From Planctomycetota bacterium (GTDB lineage: Bacteria > Planctomycetota > B15-G4), in NCBI GenBank assembly GCA_038212275.1, contig JBBQUR010000011.1:1-64000 (forward strand): a DNA stretch of 64,000 bases, written 5' to 3'. A program made the translations under genes and the position numbers. Below the pieces are notes generated by a model. That model saw nothing but the letters and a program-made list of their open reading frames with translations. It did no database searches and was not told the origin of the DNA. Below, in pieces: positions 1 to 8,669 of the stretch. Every line of letters begins with the position of its first letter. The stretch's first letter is position 1.

Positions 1-999
1 AAGCTGCTCGGCGCTCAAGGCGCGGATCTTGGCGCCGTTGAGCCAGTCGAGCTTCGCGAAGTCGAACACCGGGCCACCCACCGAGATGTCGTGCGGGTCG
101 AACTTGGCGACGAACTCGTCCAGCGTGAAGTCCTCGCTCTCAGCGCGCGGGCTCCAGCCCTGCAGCGCGAGGAAGTTGAGCAGCGCCTCGCGCAGGTAGC
201 CCTGCTCGCGATACCAGTTGAGCGAGGTCGGGTTCTTGCGCTTGCTGATCTTGGTCTTGTCGGCGTTGCGCAGCAGCGGCACGTGCGCCATGACCGGGAT
301 CTCCCAGCCGAAGGCCGCGTACAGCAGCACGTGCTTGGGCACCGACGGGATCCATTCCTCGGCGCGCATGATGATCGTCACGCCCATGAGGTGGTCGTCC
401 ACCACGTTGGCCATGTGATACGTGGGCAGGCCGTCGCTCTTGAGCAGCACCTGGTCGTCGACGTTCTCGTTCTCGATGACGATCTCGCCGCGCAGCAGGT
501 CGGTGAAGCGCGTGCTGCCCGGGCGCGGCACCTTGAGGCGCACGACGTGCGCCTCGCCCGCGGCGGCGCGGCGCGCGGAGTCCTCGGCGTCGATCTCGCG
601 GCAGGTGCCGTCATAACCCGTCGGGCGCTGGCTGGCCTTCTGGATCGCGCGCAACTCCTCGAGTCGCGCGCTCGTGCAGAAGCAGCGGTACGCGGCGCCG
701 CTTGCGAGCAGCTTGTCGGCGTGTACGCGGTAGATCGCGGAGCGCTCGCTCTGGCGGTACGGGCCCACCGCGCCGCCGCGCGCGGGACTCTCGTCGGGCG
801 CGATGCCCAGCCACTCCAGCGCCGCGAGGATGGCCGTCTCGTGCTCGGGCCGGCTGCGCGCCTGGTCGGTGTCCTCGATGCGCAGGATGAAACGCCCGCC
901 GTTGCGACGCGCCCAGGCCCAGTTGAACAGCGCCACGTAGGCGGTGCCGACGTGCGGGTCGCCCGTCGGCGACGGCGCGATGCGGGTGACGACGGTCAT
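1..999 (-). CDS. gltX: glutamate--tRNA ligase (5' part; runs off the window start)
   Basis: Reverse strand from ATG at 999 reads [27 protein letters not shown] (HIGH-type motif), then FILRIEDTD and KISKR (KMSKS-type). Not in the ORF track because the stop lies outside the window. Confidence 0.96.
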   Translation of the reverse strand, partial: MTVVTRIAPSPTGDPHVGTAYVALFNWAWARRNGGRFILRIEDTDQARSRPEHETAILAALEWLGIAPDESPARGGAVGPYRQSERSAIYRVHADKLLASGAAYRCFCTSARLEELRAIQKASQRPTGYDGTCREIDAEDSARRAAAGEAHVVRLKVPRPGSTRFTDLLRGEIVIENENVDDQVLLKSDGLPTYHMANVVDDHLMGVTIIMRAEEWIPSVPKHVLLYAAFGWEIPVMAHVPLLRNADKTKISKRKNPTSLNWYREQGYLREALLNFLALQGWSPRAESEDFTLDEFVAKFDPHDISVGGPVFDFAKLDWLNGAKIRALSAEQL

Positions 1000-1712
1000 G
1001 CCTGCACGCCACGCCCGATGTCGTGCAGCTCCTTGAGCTGGGCCAGGCGGCCCATGCAGACCATGACGTCGCCGACGGCCAGCGGGCGGGCCGGGTCCGG
1101 GTTGAAGCGCGTGCTGTCGCCGCTGTGGCGCATGGCGATGACGATGATGTCCAGCTTCGCGCGGATGTCGGCGTCCTTGAGGCTGCGGCCGACGAGCGAA
1201 CTGCCCTTCTCCACCTTGATCTCGCGCACGCGGACCTCGCTGCCGGTGTCCACGTCCTTGCTGAAGATGCGCAGCAGGTCCGTGACGGCCGGCCGCACGA
1301 ACTCGACGCCGATCTTGCGCTCGGACTTCTCGAAGGGGTTCACGACGCGGTCCGCGCCGGCGCGGATGAACTTGGCCCGCGCGTGGTCCGACGTGTGCGT
1401 CGCGATGATGAACACGTCGGGATTCAGCTCGCGCGCCGTCATCGTGGCGAAGAGATTGTCGCTCTCGCTGGGCAGCAGCAGGATGACGCCGCGCGCCCGC
1501 TCCACGCCGGCCTCCTCGAGCACGTCGGGGTCGAGCACGTCGCCCTGCAGCGCGATGTGGCCGTCACCCTCGGCCAGGTGCGAGGTCTCCGTGGCCTTGT
1601 CCACGACGACGACGCTGACGCCCTGCTCGGCGAGGTCGCGCGCGACGAGCTGCCCCGTGGAGCCGTAGCCGCACAGGATGACGTGGTCGTTGATGCTGAG
1701 CAGGCCGGTCAT
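996..1712 (-). CDS. TrkA-family potassium uptake/channel NAD-binding protein (RCK-N + RCK-C)
   Basis: [11 protein letters not shown]ossmann motif, [26 protein letters not shown] and a C-terminal TrkA-C region (FNP...GDVMVCMG). Its stop overlaps the gltX start (ATGA). Confidence 0.9.
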   Translation of the reverse strand: MTGLLSINDHVILCGYGSTGQLVARDLAEQGVSVVVVDKATETSHLAEGDGHIALQGDVLDPDVLEEAGVERARGVILLLPSESDNLFATMTARELNPDVFIIATHTSDHARAKFIRAGADRVVNPFEKSERKIGVEFVRPAVTDLLRIFSKDVDTGSEVRVREIKVEKGSSLVGRSLKDADIRAKLDIIVIAMRHSGDSTRFNPDPARPLAVGDVMVCMGRLAQLKELHDIGRGVQA

Positions 1713-1770
1713 GTGGCGTTCCGATCAGGGCGTGCGGTGGCTGCCGTGCGCGCGACGCTCCCGCCGGAGT

Positions 1771-4413
1771 TCAGCGCCCGCCACCCGACAGCAGGCGCAC
1801 GTCCGAGAAGCGCGTCACGCCCCTGCTGGCCAGCAGACCGATGTCGCCGCGCAGGGCGGCCAGAGGATACTTGATCGCAAGCTGCGATACCTTGTTGACG
1901 ATGCCCTTCACGGGCACGCCGTCCACGCTCACCGAGACGGACTTGCCACGCACGTCGATGCGCAGCAGCACGCCCTTGGCCGCGTCGTACTTGGCCTTCA
2001 CCGAGCCATCCGTGCGCGGGAAGGTCCAGTCGCCGGTGGCGTAGGTGCCGAAGTCCACGTTGTTGATGCCCGCGTCGCCGCTGTGGCGCAGCACGATGGC
2101 CTCGTAGTGATCGCTGTCCTTCGCGCCGAAGCACAGGCCGACGATCTGCCAGCCCGGGTCGCACTCGATGCGTGCCTCCAGCGACCAGTCGCCGTCCACC
2201 TTCCGGTCCACCATGAGCGCCTGGTAGGTCGCCGTGTCGCTGCCCGCGGCGCCCGCGCCGGCGCCCGCGCCGCCAGCGCCGGGAGCGCCGCCCGCCGGCG
2301 CCTTCTTCTCCACGCGCTTGCTGTCGTTGACCAGCTTGCCGTCGGCGACGAAGAAGGAACCCTTGCCCTCGACCCCGTACCAGCCCGCCATGTCGAAGCC
2401 GTTGAAGAGGCGCCTCCAGCGGTCCACGGTGATGCCCTTGTCGCGCTCGAGGCGCGTGACGAGCGCACGGCTCCCGGGTTCGAAAGGGTCCACCGACAGC
2501 ACGCGCTTCGCGGAGCGCAGCGCCATGCGCGGCAGCTCGGTGCGGTCGTATTCCAGGGCGATGGCGGCCATGCCGCCCGCGAGCGAACGCCGCGCGTCGA
2601 TCACCTCGCCGTCATGCGGGTCGAGGAGCGCGAGCTTTCCGGCCGCCTCCGCGCGGCGGCTGTCCGCCTCGTCGGACAGGCCGATGAAGCGGCGATAGTT
2701 CGCGGTCGCGCGGTCGGCCTTGTCCAGCGCCTCGGACGAGACGGCCACGCCCCACAGGCACTCCAGGTCGTCCGGGTCGAGGTCGAGAGCCTTGTCGTAG
2801 AAGCGCAGTGCGCCCTCGTGCTCTCCGCGCGCCGTCGAGTCCATGCCCTTCCTGCGGAATTCGTTGAGGCGCTTGTCGGAGGTGCGCTGCTCCTCCGCGA
2901 GGTCGAGAATCCACTGCTTCCAGACGGCCTCGAACTGCGCGAAGGTCTCGATGCCCTGCACCTTCACGCCGTCGAGCACGAACCCGGTGAAATGCTCCAC
3001 CATGTCGCCAGGCGAACCCTTCTTGAACTCCCAGATGTAGTCCTGCAGCCGGTTGCGGTAGACGTATTCGCCCTGGGCGTCCACGTAGTTGCGCAGGAAG
3101 TACATGATGCCCCAGCGATATGCGTACAGCTCGGGCTTGTTCTCCCCCGCGTTGAAGATCTCGCGCAGCGGCCTGGCACTGCCCTGCTTCAGCTTTTCGG
3201 ACAGCGGCGACAGGTAGTGCCCCACCGGGAGGTCGCGGCGGATCGTGCCGTTGGACAGGATCTCGATGCCCTCGAAGAGGCTCGCGACGCCCTCGTTCAC
3301 GAAGGACGGCACTTCGCCCACGGCGACGCTCATGAACTGGTGACTGGCCTCGTGAAAGAGCGTGGTGAGCGTGGTGTTGTTGCTCTTGCCGCCGTCCGAC
3401 GAGCTGTAGGTGTCGACCTCGCTGCCCTTGAACACGCCACCGCTCCAGTCCTGCGGGCCGGTTCCGGCGCGCTGCAGATACTCGGGCCGGTTGGCGTAGA
3501 TGTTCACGTCGATCGGCGTGATGTTCAGGTCACGCAGGCCCACCAGAGCCTTGGCATCGGCGGGCTTGGGGTCCGGGACGATGCCCCAGATCTCGCGATA
3601 GAAGGCGTTCACTCGCTCCATGACCGCAGCCACCTCGGTGCCGAGGCGCCAGCCCGCATTGGTCTTGATGCGGTAGTGCGGCGTGTCCCAGCGCGCGGCC
3701 GAGCTCCACTTGGAGGTCTTCTTGTCGAACTCCTCGATCCAGACCTGGTCCTTGTCGCCGGCCAGCGCGATCGGGTCGAAGCGTCCGGCGACCTCGTCGC
3801 CGCCCTCCTTGGCGATGCGCGCCAGGGCGTCACGCGCCGCGGCGGCCTGCGTGCTGCCCGGCGCGCAGAGCGAGAGGCGCCGCTGCCACGCCAGCTGCGC
3901 GTTGCTGTAGAAGCCCTCGGCCAGATAGGCCTCGCCGAGCGCGGCCTGCACCGCCGAATACTCCTCCATGTGCGCGTCGCCGAGCCCGTGCTGCGGGTCC
4001 AGCTCGACGAGACGCGCCGCGATGCGCGCCAGGTTCTTCTCCTGCGCCTTGTCGCCACCGGCGACCGCCCGCAGCACCGAGGCCTCGAGCTCCGTGCGCC
4101 AGAAGACCTCGGCATCGACGTCGCCCTTGGCGCGCGCCGTGTCCGCCAGGCCCTCGATCGCGGCCAGCGAGGCCGGGTCCATTTCGAGCACCGCGGCCCA
4201 GGCCGCGGCCGCCGCGTCGTGATCCTTGCGGCGCTGGGCGGCCTTGGCGGCCTCGGTCTGCTGCACCAGGAAGCGCTTGAAGCCGGACTCGTCGGCGGCT
4301 GGACTCGCAACCGGCGCGGGCCCGGCGGCGGGCGCCGGCGCACCGGCGTTCGGCTGGCCGGCGCCCAGCAGGGCGGCCGCGCACAGCGTCGAAGTCCACA
4401 GGCGGCGCGTCAT
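1771..4413 (-). CDS. secreted TPR protein with DUF1570-like HExxH domain and C-terminal DUF1080-like beta-sandwich
   Basis: Signal peptide MTRRLWTSTLCAAALLGA; LFHEASHQF...VNEGVASLFE; TPR-like YDKALDLDPDD; WRRLFNGFDMAGW...FSDVRL. Start placed at ATG 4413. Confidence 0.65.
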   Translation of the reverse strand: MTRRLWTSTLCAAALLGAGQPNAGAPAPAAGPAPVASPAADESGFKRFLVQQTEAAKAAQRRKDHDAAAAAWAAVLEMDPASLAAIEGLADTARAKGDVDAEVFWRTELEASVLRAVAGGDKAQEKNLARIAARLVELDPQHGLGDAHMEEYSAVQAALGEAYLAEGFYSNAQLAWQRRLSLCAPGSTQAAAARDALARIAKEGGDEVAGRFDPIALAGDKDQVWIEEFDKKTSKWSSAARWDTPHYRIKTNAGWRLGTEVAAVMERVNAFYREIWGIVPDPKPADAKALVGLRDLNITPIDVNIYANRPEYLQRAGTGPQDWSGGVFKGSEVDTYSSSDGGKSNNTTLTTLFHEASHQFMSVAVGEVPSFVNEGVASLFEGIEILSNGTIRRDLPVGHYLSPLSEKLKQGSARPLREIFNAGENKPELYAYRWGIMYFLRNYVDAQGEYVYRNRLQDYIWEFKKGSPGDMVEHFTGFVLDGVKVQGIETFAQFEAVWKQWILDLAEEQRTSDKRLNEFRRKGMDSTARGEHEGALRFYDKALDLDPDDLECLWGVAVSSEALDKADRATANYRRFIGLSDEADSRRAEAAGKLALLDPHDGEVIDARRSLAGGMAAIALEYDRTELPRMALRSAKRVLSVDPFEPGSRALVTRLERDKGITVDRWRRLFNGFDMAGWYGVEGKGSFFVADGKLVNDSKRVEKKAPAGGAPGAGGAGAGAGAAGSDTATYQALMVDRKVDGDWSLEARIECDPGWQIVGLCFGAKDSDHYEAIVLRHSGDAGINNVDFGTYATGDWTFPRTDGSVKAKYDAAKGVLLRIDVRGKSVSVSVDGVPVKGIVNKVSQLAIKYPLAALRGDIGLLASRGVTRFSDVRLLSGGGR

Positions 4414-4497
4414 GATCGGGCGACTCTCCGGGGCGCGGCACGGCAAGCGCACGACTCTACGGCCGCCCACCGGGTTGCGCTACGGTCAGTGCCCCGC

Positions 4498-5565
4498 TCA
4501 GGCGGGGCCGGGCGCGGCGGACTCCGGGCCGCCTGGCAACGCGGCCGTGAACGCGGCCAGATCCGCAGGCCACGGCGACTCCACGCGCTGGCGGCCCTTC
4601 GCCGGATGGATGAACTCCAGCGCGTGGCTGTGAAGCGCCTGGCGCGGGAGCTGCAGCGCGGCGTGATCCGCGTCGGTCAGCGTGTGCGCGCTGTAGCGCA
4701 GGAAGATGCCGTCGTCGGTGCCGTAGAGCTTGTCGCCGACGACGGGGTGCCCGATGGCCGCCATGTGCAGCCGGATCTGGTGGTGGCGCCCCGTGAGCAA
4801 CTCGATGGAGCACAGCGTGTGCGCGGCGTAGCGCTGCTTCACCGCGAAGCGCGTGCGCGCTTCCTGTCCGATGTCGTGGCGCACCGCATGCTGCGGACGC
4901 AGGCGCCCGTCGGTGGACGGCCCGAGCGGCAGATCGATGAGCCCCTCGTCACGCTCGACCACGCCGTGCACGAGCACGAGGTATTCCTTGCGCACGGTGC
5001 GCCGCTCGAACTGCGACTGCACGAAGAGGAGCGCCTCCCGGGTCTTGGCCACCAGCAGCACGCCGCTGGTCTCGAGGTCCAGGCGGTGGCACAGCTTGGG
5101 AATCACGTCGAGCCCGGGGTCCGTGAAGTTCCGGTATTCCTTGTGCAGCGCGGTGATGACGGTGTGGTGCAGCAGCTTTCCCGCCGGATGCACCGGCACG
5201 CCGGCCGGCTTGTCGATGGCGATGAGCAGCTCGTCCTCGAACAGGCGCGGCAGCCATGGCGTCTCGGCGCCGCGCGGCACGAGCGCCTCGTCTCGCACGG
5301 GCCGCGGGAGCAGCACCGTGACGACGTCGCCGGGCAGCATGCGCCGTGAGGCCCTCGCGGCGCGCCCCGGCAGCGACACCAGTCCGTCGTCGAGCAGCTT
5401 CACCACCGACGTGCGCGAGCGCCACGACAGCCGCTTCGCGAGAAACTGGTCGAGGCGCAAGCCCAGGTCGCTGTCGTCGACGCGGTAGCTCAGCGTCTCG
5501 CGCCGGCCGTCCAGCACGCGCACGTCGAAGTCGTCGCCGCCCCTGGCCTTCTTCGCCTTGCCCAT
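4498..5565 (-). CDS. RluA/RluD-family pseudouridine synthase with S4 domain
   Basis: RLDQFLA (S4), DKPAGVPVHP, HRLDLETSGVLL (catalytic Asp), TGRHHQIRLHM, GDKLYG, QALHS. Confidence 0.93.
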   Translation of the reverse strand: MGKAKKARGGDDFDVRVLDGRRETLSYRVDDSDLGLRLDQFLAKRLSWRSRTSVVKLLDDGLVSLPGRAARASRRMLPGDVVTVLLPRPVRDEALVPRGAETPWLPRLFEDELLIAIDKPAGVPVHPAGKLLHHTVITALHKEYRNFTDPGLDVIPKLCHRLDLETSGVLLVAKTREALLFVQSQFERRTVRKEYLVLVHGVVERDEGLIDLPLGPSTDGRLRPQHAVRHDIGQEARTRFAVKQRYAAHTLCSIELLTGRHHQIRLHMAAIGHPVVGDKLYGTDDGIFLRYSAHTLTDADHAALQLPRQALHSHALEFIHPAKGRQRVESPWPADLAAFTAALPGGPESAAPGPA

Positions 5566-5638
5566 CAGGCCCGCGCCGCGTGCCGACGCGCCGCGTGCCG
5601 AGGCGCCGCGAGACGACGCGGCGCGTGCCGAGGCACGC

Positions 5639-7624
5639 TCACTCCGTCGCCAGTCCGATGTCCACGCGCAGGCCCTTGGCCATGATGGAATCCTGAAAAC
5701 AGTCGAGCGTGCCGTCGGGCTGGATATCGACGGAGCCACCCGAGGTCAGCAGGATCTCCGAGGCCTTGCAGTCGAAGGGCACGTGCAGGATGAGGTGGTC
5801 GGCGACCCGCGTGGCCTGAAGCCGGATCTGTGCGCCCAGGCCGTGGTGATCGCGGCCGATGAAGTGCGCCTTCAGCAGCACGGGGCCGAATCGCGTGGGC
5901 AACGAGGTCAGGTCGAGTTCGCCGGGAAACGCGATGAGCGCGCTCGGGATCAGCGGCAGGAGGTGCAGGTCGTTCCCATGGTCGTCGATCACCAGCGCAC
6001 GCACGAGCGTCAGCAGGCCCATGCTGAAGCGGCCGTCGAGCTCTCCGTCGGCGCGCGTCGAACCCAGGCCGTTGTCGTTCGTGCGGGCCAGCAAGGTCTG
6101 CAGTGCGCTCCAGGCCGCCGCGCCATCACGGGCCGCCACCGCGCGGCGCATCGCCAGCATCGTGGGCTCGACGGGCCCGGCAGGCTCGGCCGCCCAGGTG
6201 AACTCGGGCAGTTTGTCCTCGGCCCCGCTTCCGTCGGGAGCCGGGCCGGCCCACTCGAGGATGCCGGAGAGATCGCGCGCGACGTCGGCCGGATCGAGCC
6301 AGGGCTCGACAGCGGCCGGCTCGGTGACGAGCGTGCGGATCGCGGCGGCGAGCGGCGCCACCAGCTCCTGGCTGCCGCCCACGCGCACGGCGCGGCACAA
6401 CCCGTGCACGAGGGCGAGTTTCCGGTCGGGAGACAGGCCCTCCCCCAGCGCGACGGCCTGCTCCACCAGTTCCTGCAGGCGTTCGACGCAGTTTTCGCCG
6501 AACCCCCACTCGCACATGATTCCCAGCACTTCGGCTTCGACGGCGACGTCCGTGGCCGGGTGGCCGTAGGGCCGGTCCGAGAAGCGGCGGTACACGCGGT
6601 CGGCATCGCCGAACAGGCGGAGCAGGTGCACCGAGCCGATGAGCACAGTACGCAGGTGCTTGTCGCCCAGCTCCATGTTCGCGAAGAAGCCGCGGAAGCG
6701 CGACTGCCAGATGAGCTGCTCCTCGAGCTGCATGAAGCTGTAGCGCCCGATCGCTTCACGCCAGGCGCTCTCGTCCACCTTCTCCGAGGCATGAGGGCCG
6801 ACGACGACGATGTCGAGGTAGCGTGCGGTCTGCGGTTCGAGCTCCACCGACCACGACAGCAGCGCGCCCGGCGCGTCCGCGGCATCCGGCGGCGGCAGGA
6901 TGTTCACGTCCGCCGGATCCTGCCCCACCCAGGACAGCAGCAGGGCGCCGTCACGCGTGAGCAGGTTGCCGCTGCGCGCGAACACGATCCCCGGCTTGAA
7001 GGGCAGCGACGGAAGCGGGCGAAGCTCGGGGTCGCCGCCGCCGGGCATCACGCGCAGGCCGAAGTTCACGGTGTGCGCGGCATCGGTGCGGTTGGCGAAG
7101 GTCAGGTGGATGGCCGCCTTGGTGCGCTCGTCCCCGTTGCGCATGCCGCCCGTGGCCAGCATGCGCGCGGTCATCGTCACGTCCCCGAAGGCATGCGTCC
7201 ATTCGGTCGAGAGGTCCGGACCCGACATGTAGTTCATCCGGCCGGGCACGAGCGGCGCTCCCGTCGCGCTGTCGATCAGCTGAATGGCTGCGGCGCCCGT
7301 GTCGAGCACGCCATCCGCGCCGAAGCGGGCCGCTCGCAGCGACGCAAACGAGCCGAGGTGCAGCGCCGGCGGCGAGGGACGGTTCACCGCCGCCGTGGAG
7401 GCGTCGGCCCGCCGGCCCTCACCCACCTCCGTGGGAGCAGCCTTCGCGCGTGACGGCTTCGCCTGAGCGGGCGAAGTGGCCTCCTGAGCCGGAGTCTGCG
7501 CCTGCGCCTGCGCCTGCGCCTGAGGCTGAGGCTGAGTCTGCGCCTGCGCCTGCGCATGCAGCGGCACCGGCCCCGCGAGCAAGGCAAGCACGGAGATGGC
7601 GAACATCGGTCGGAAGGTGTTCAT
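5639..7624 (-). CDS. secreted hypothetical protein; C-terminus resembles six-hairpin glycosidase-associated domains
   Basis: Signal peptide followed by a QAQAQ linker; C-terminal LHLLPLIP...LPTRFGPV pattern; perfect TATAAT 10 nt upstream of ATG 7624. Confidence 0.55.
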   Translation of the reverse strand: MNTFRPMFAISVLALLAGPVPLHAQAQAQTQPQPQAQAQAQAQTPAQEATSPAQAKPSRAKAAPTEVGEGRRADASTAAVNRPSPPALHLGSFASLRAARFGADGVLDTGAAAIQLIDSATGAPLVPGRMNYMSGPDLSTEWTHAFGDVTMTARMLATGGMRNGDERTKAAIHLTFANRTDAAHTVNFGLRVMPGGGDPELRPLPSLPFKPGIVFARSGNLLTRDGALLLSWVGQDPADVNILPPPDAADAPGALLSWSVELEPQTARYLDIVVVGPHASEKVDESAWREAIGRYSFMQLEEQLIWQSRFRGFFANMELGDKHLRTVLIGSVHLLRLFGDADRVYRRFSDRPYGHPATDVAVEAEVLGIMCEWGFGENCVERLQELVEQAVALGEGLSPDRKLALVHGLCRAVRVGGSQELVAPLAAAIRTLVTEPAAVEPWLDPADVARDLSGILEWAGPAPDGSGAEDKLPEFTWAAEPAGPVEPTMLAMRRAVAARDGAAAWSALQTLLARTNDNGLGSTRADGELDGRFSMGLLTLVRALVIDDHGNDLHLLPLIPSALIAFPGELDLTSLPTRFGPVLLKAHFIGRDHHGLGAQIRLQATRVADHLILHVPFDCKASEILLTSGGSVDIQPDGTLDCFQDSIMAKGLRVDIGLATE

Positions 7625-7634
7625 GTGGGGCGGG

Positions 7635-7640
7635 ATTATA
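7635..7640 (-). promoter_or_regulatory. -10 box TATAAT
   Basis: Exact consensus hexamer in very GC-rich DNA, 10 nt before ATG 7624. Confidence 0.6.
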
Positions 7641-7787
7641 CGGACAGCGCTGCCCGCGTTGGATGCGCGTTGCTCGCCGGCAGGTGCCTTCCCCGTCCCG
7701 CTCGGGTGCTGCCGTCCGGTCGCAGAGCCCGCAGCGCCGAGACGGAAGGCACGACCTCCGCCGAGGTGCGCTATCGTGGCGGGCCGC

Positions 7788-8669
7788 ATGCGCTACGAGG
7801 GCACCGTTTACCGGCCACCGAGCGAGGCCGACAGCCTGATCCTGCAGGCCACGATCGGCTGCTCGTACAACCGCTGTGGCTACTGCGCCATGTACCTCGA
7901 CAAGCGCTTCCGGCCGCGCTCGCGCAACGACTTGCTCATCGACATGGAGCTGGCCTGCCGGCACCTCGGCGCGGAGACCGTGCGCCGCGTCTTCCTTGCC
8001 GACGGCGACGCGCTCATCCTCCGCACCTCCCGCCTGCTCGAGATCCTGCAGGACATCCGCGCGCATTTCCCGAACTTCCAGCGCGCCTCCGTCTACGCCT
8101 CGCCGCAGAGCCTGCTCGCCAAGAGCGTCGCGGAGCTGGCCGAGCTGAAGGCGGCCGGGCTGGCCCTGCACTACCTCGGCGCGGAGACGGGGCACCCCGA
8201 GGTGCTGCGCCGCATCACCAAGGGCGTCACTCCCGAGCAGATGCTGGACGGCGGGCGGCGCGTGCTCGATGCCGGCGCGAAGCTCTCCGTCATCCTGCTG
8301 CTGGGCATCGCCGGCACGGAGTTGTCGCACGAGCATGCGGTGGCCACGGGGGCCTGGGTGTCAAGTCTGGACCCGCAGTATGTCTCGGCGCTCACGCTGG
8401 TGCCGGTGCCGGGCACGCCGATGCACGACCAGGTGGAGCGCGGCGAGCTCGTGCTGCCGGACCCGCGCGGCATCCTGCTCGAATTGAGGACCCTGCTCGC
8501 GCACCTCGAGGTCACGCGCGCGATCTTCCGCAGCAATCACGCCAGCAACGCGCTGCCGCTCGGAGGCAACCTGCCCGCGGACAAGGCGCGCCTGCTCGCC
8601 GTGCTCGACGCCGTGATCGCCGACGAGCGCGTGCGCCTGCGCCCGCCGCCCGCGCCCCACCGGCTGTGA
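7788..8669 (+). CDS. radical SAM protein (short form, YRPPSEA N-terminus)
   Basis: MRYEGTVYRPPSEADSLILQATIGCSYNRCGYC (CxxxCxxC), FLADGDAL, YLGAETG, FRSNHASN. Confidence 0.9.
   Translation: MRYEGTVYRPPSEADSLILQATIGCSYNRCGYCAMYLDKRFRPRSRNDLLIDMELACRHLGAETVRRVFLADGDALILRTSRLLEILQDIRAHFPNFQRASVYASPQSLLAKSVAELAELKAAGLALHYLGAETGHPEVLRRITKGVTPEQMLDGGRRVLDAGAKLSVILLLGIAGTELSHEHAVATGAWVSSLDPQYVSALTLVPVPGTPMHDQVERGELVLPDPRGILLELRTLLAHLEVTRAIFRSNHASNALPLGGNLPADKARLLAVLDAVIADERVRLRPPPAPHRL

Noticed and set aside
91..5349. Long plus-strand ORFs 91-1668 and 1678-5349, and similar ones such as 33476-36433, 38873-41674 and 48319-51237
   Set aside because: These are antisense shadows of motif-bearing genes. 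High GC suppresses stop codons, and the translations are Arg/Ala-rich with no family motifs.
7556..8665. N-terminal extension of RecD2 in the ORF track
   Set aside because: It overlaps the radical SAM gene in another frame; RecD2 similarity starts only after GTG 8666.
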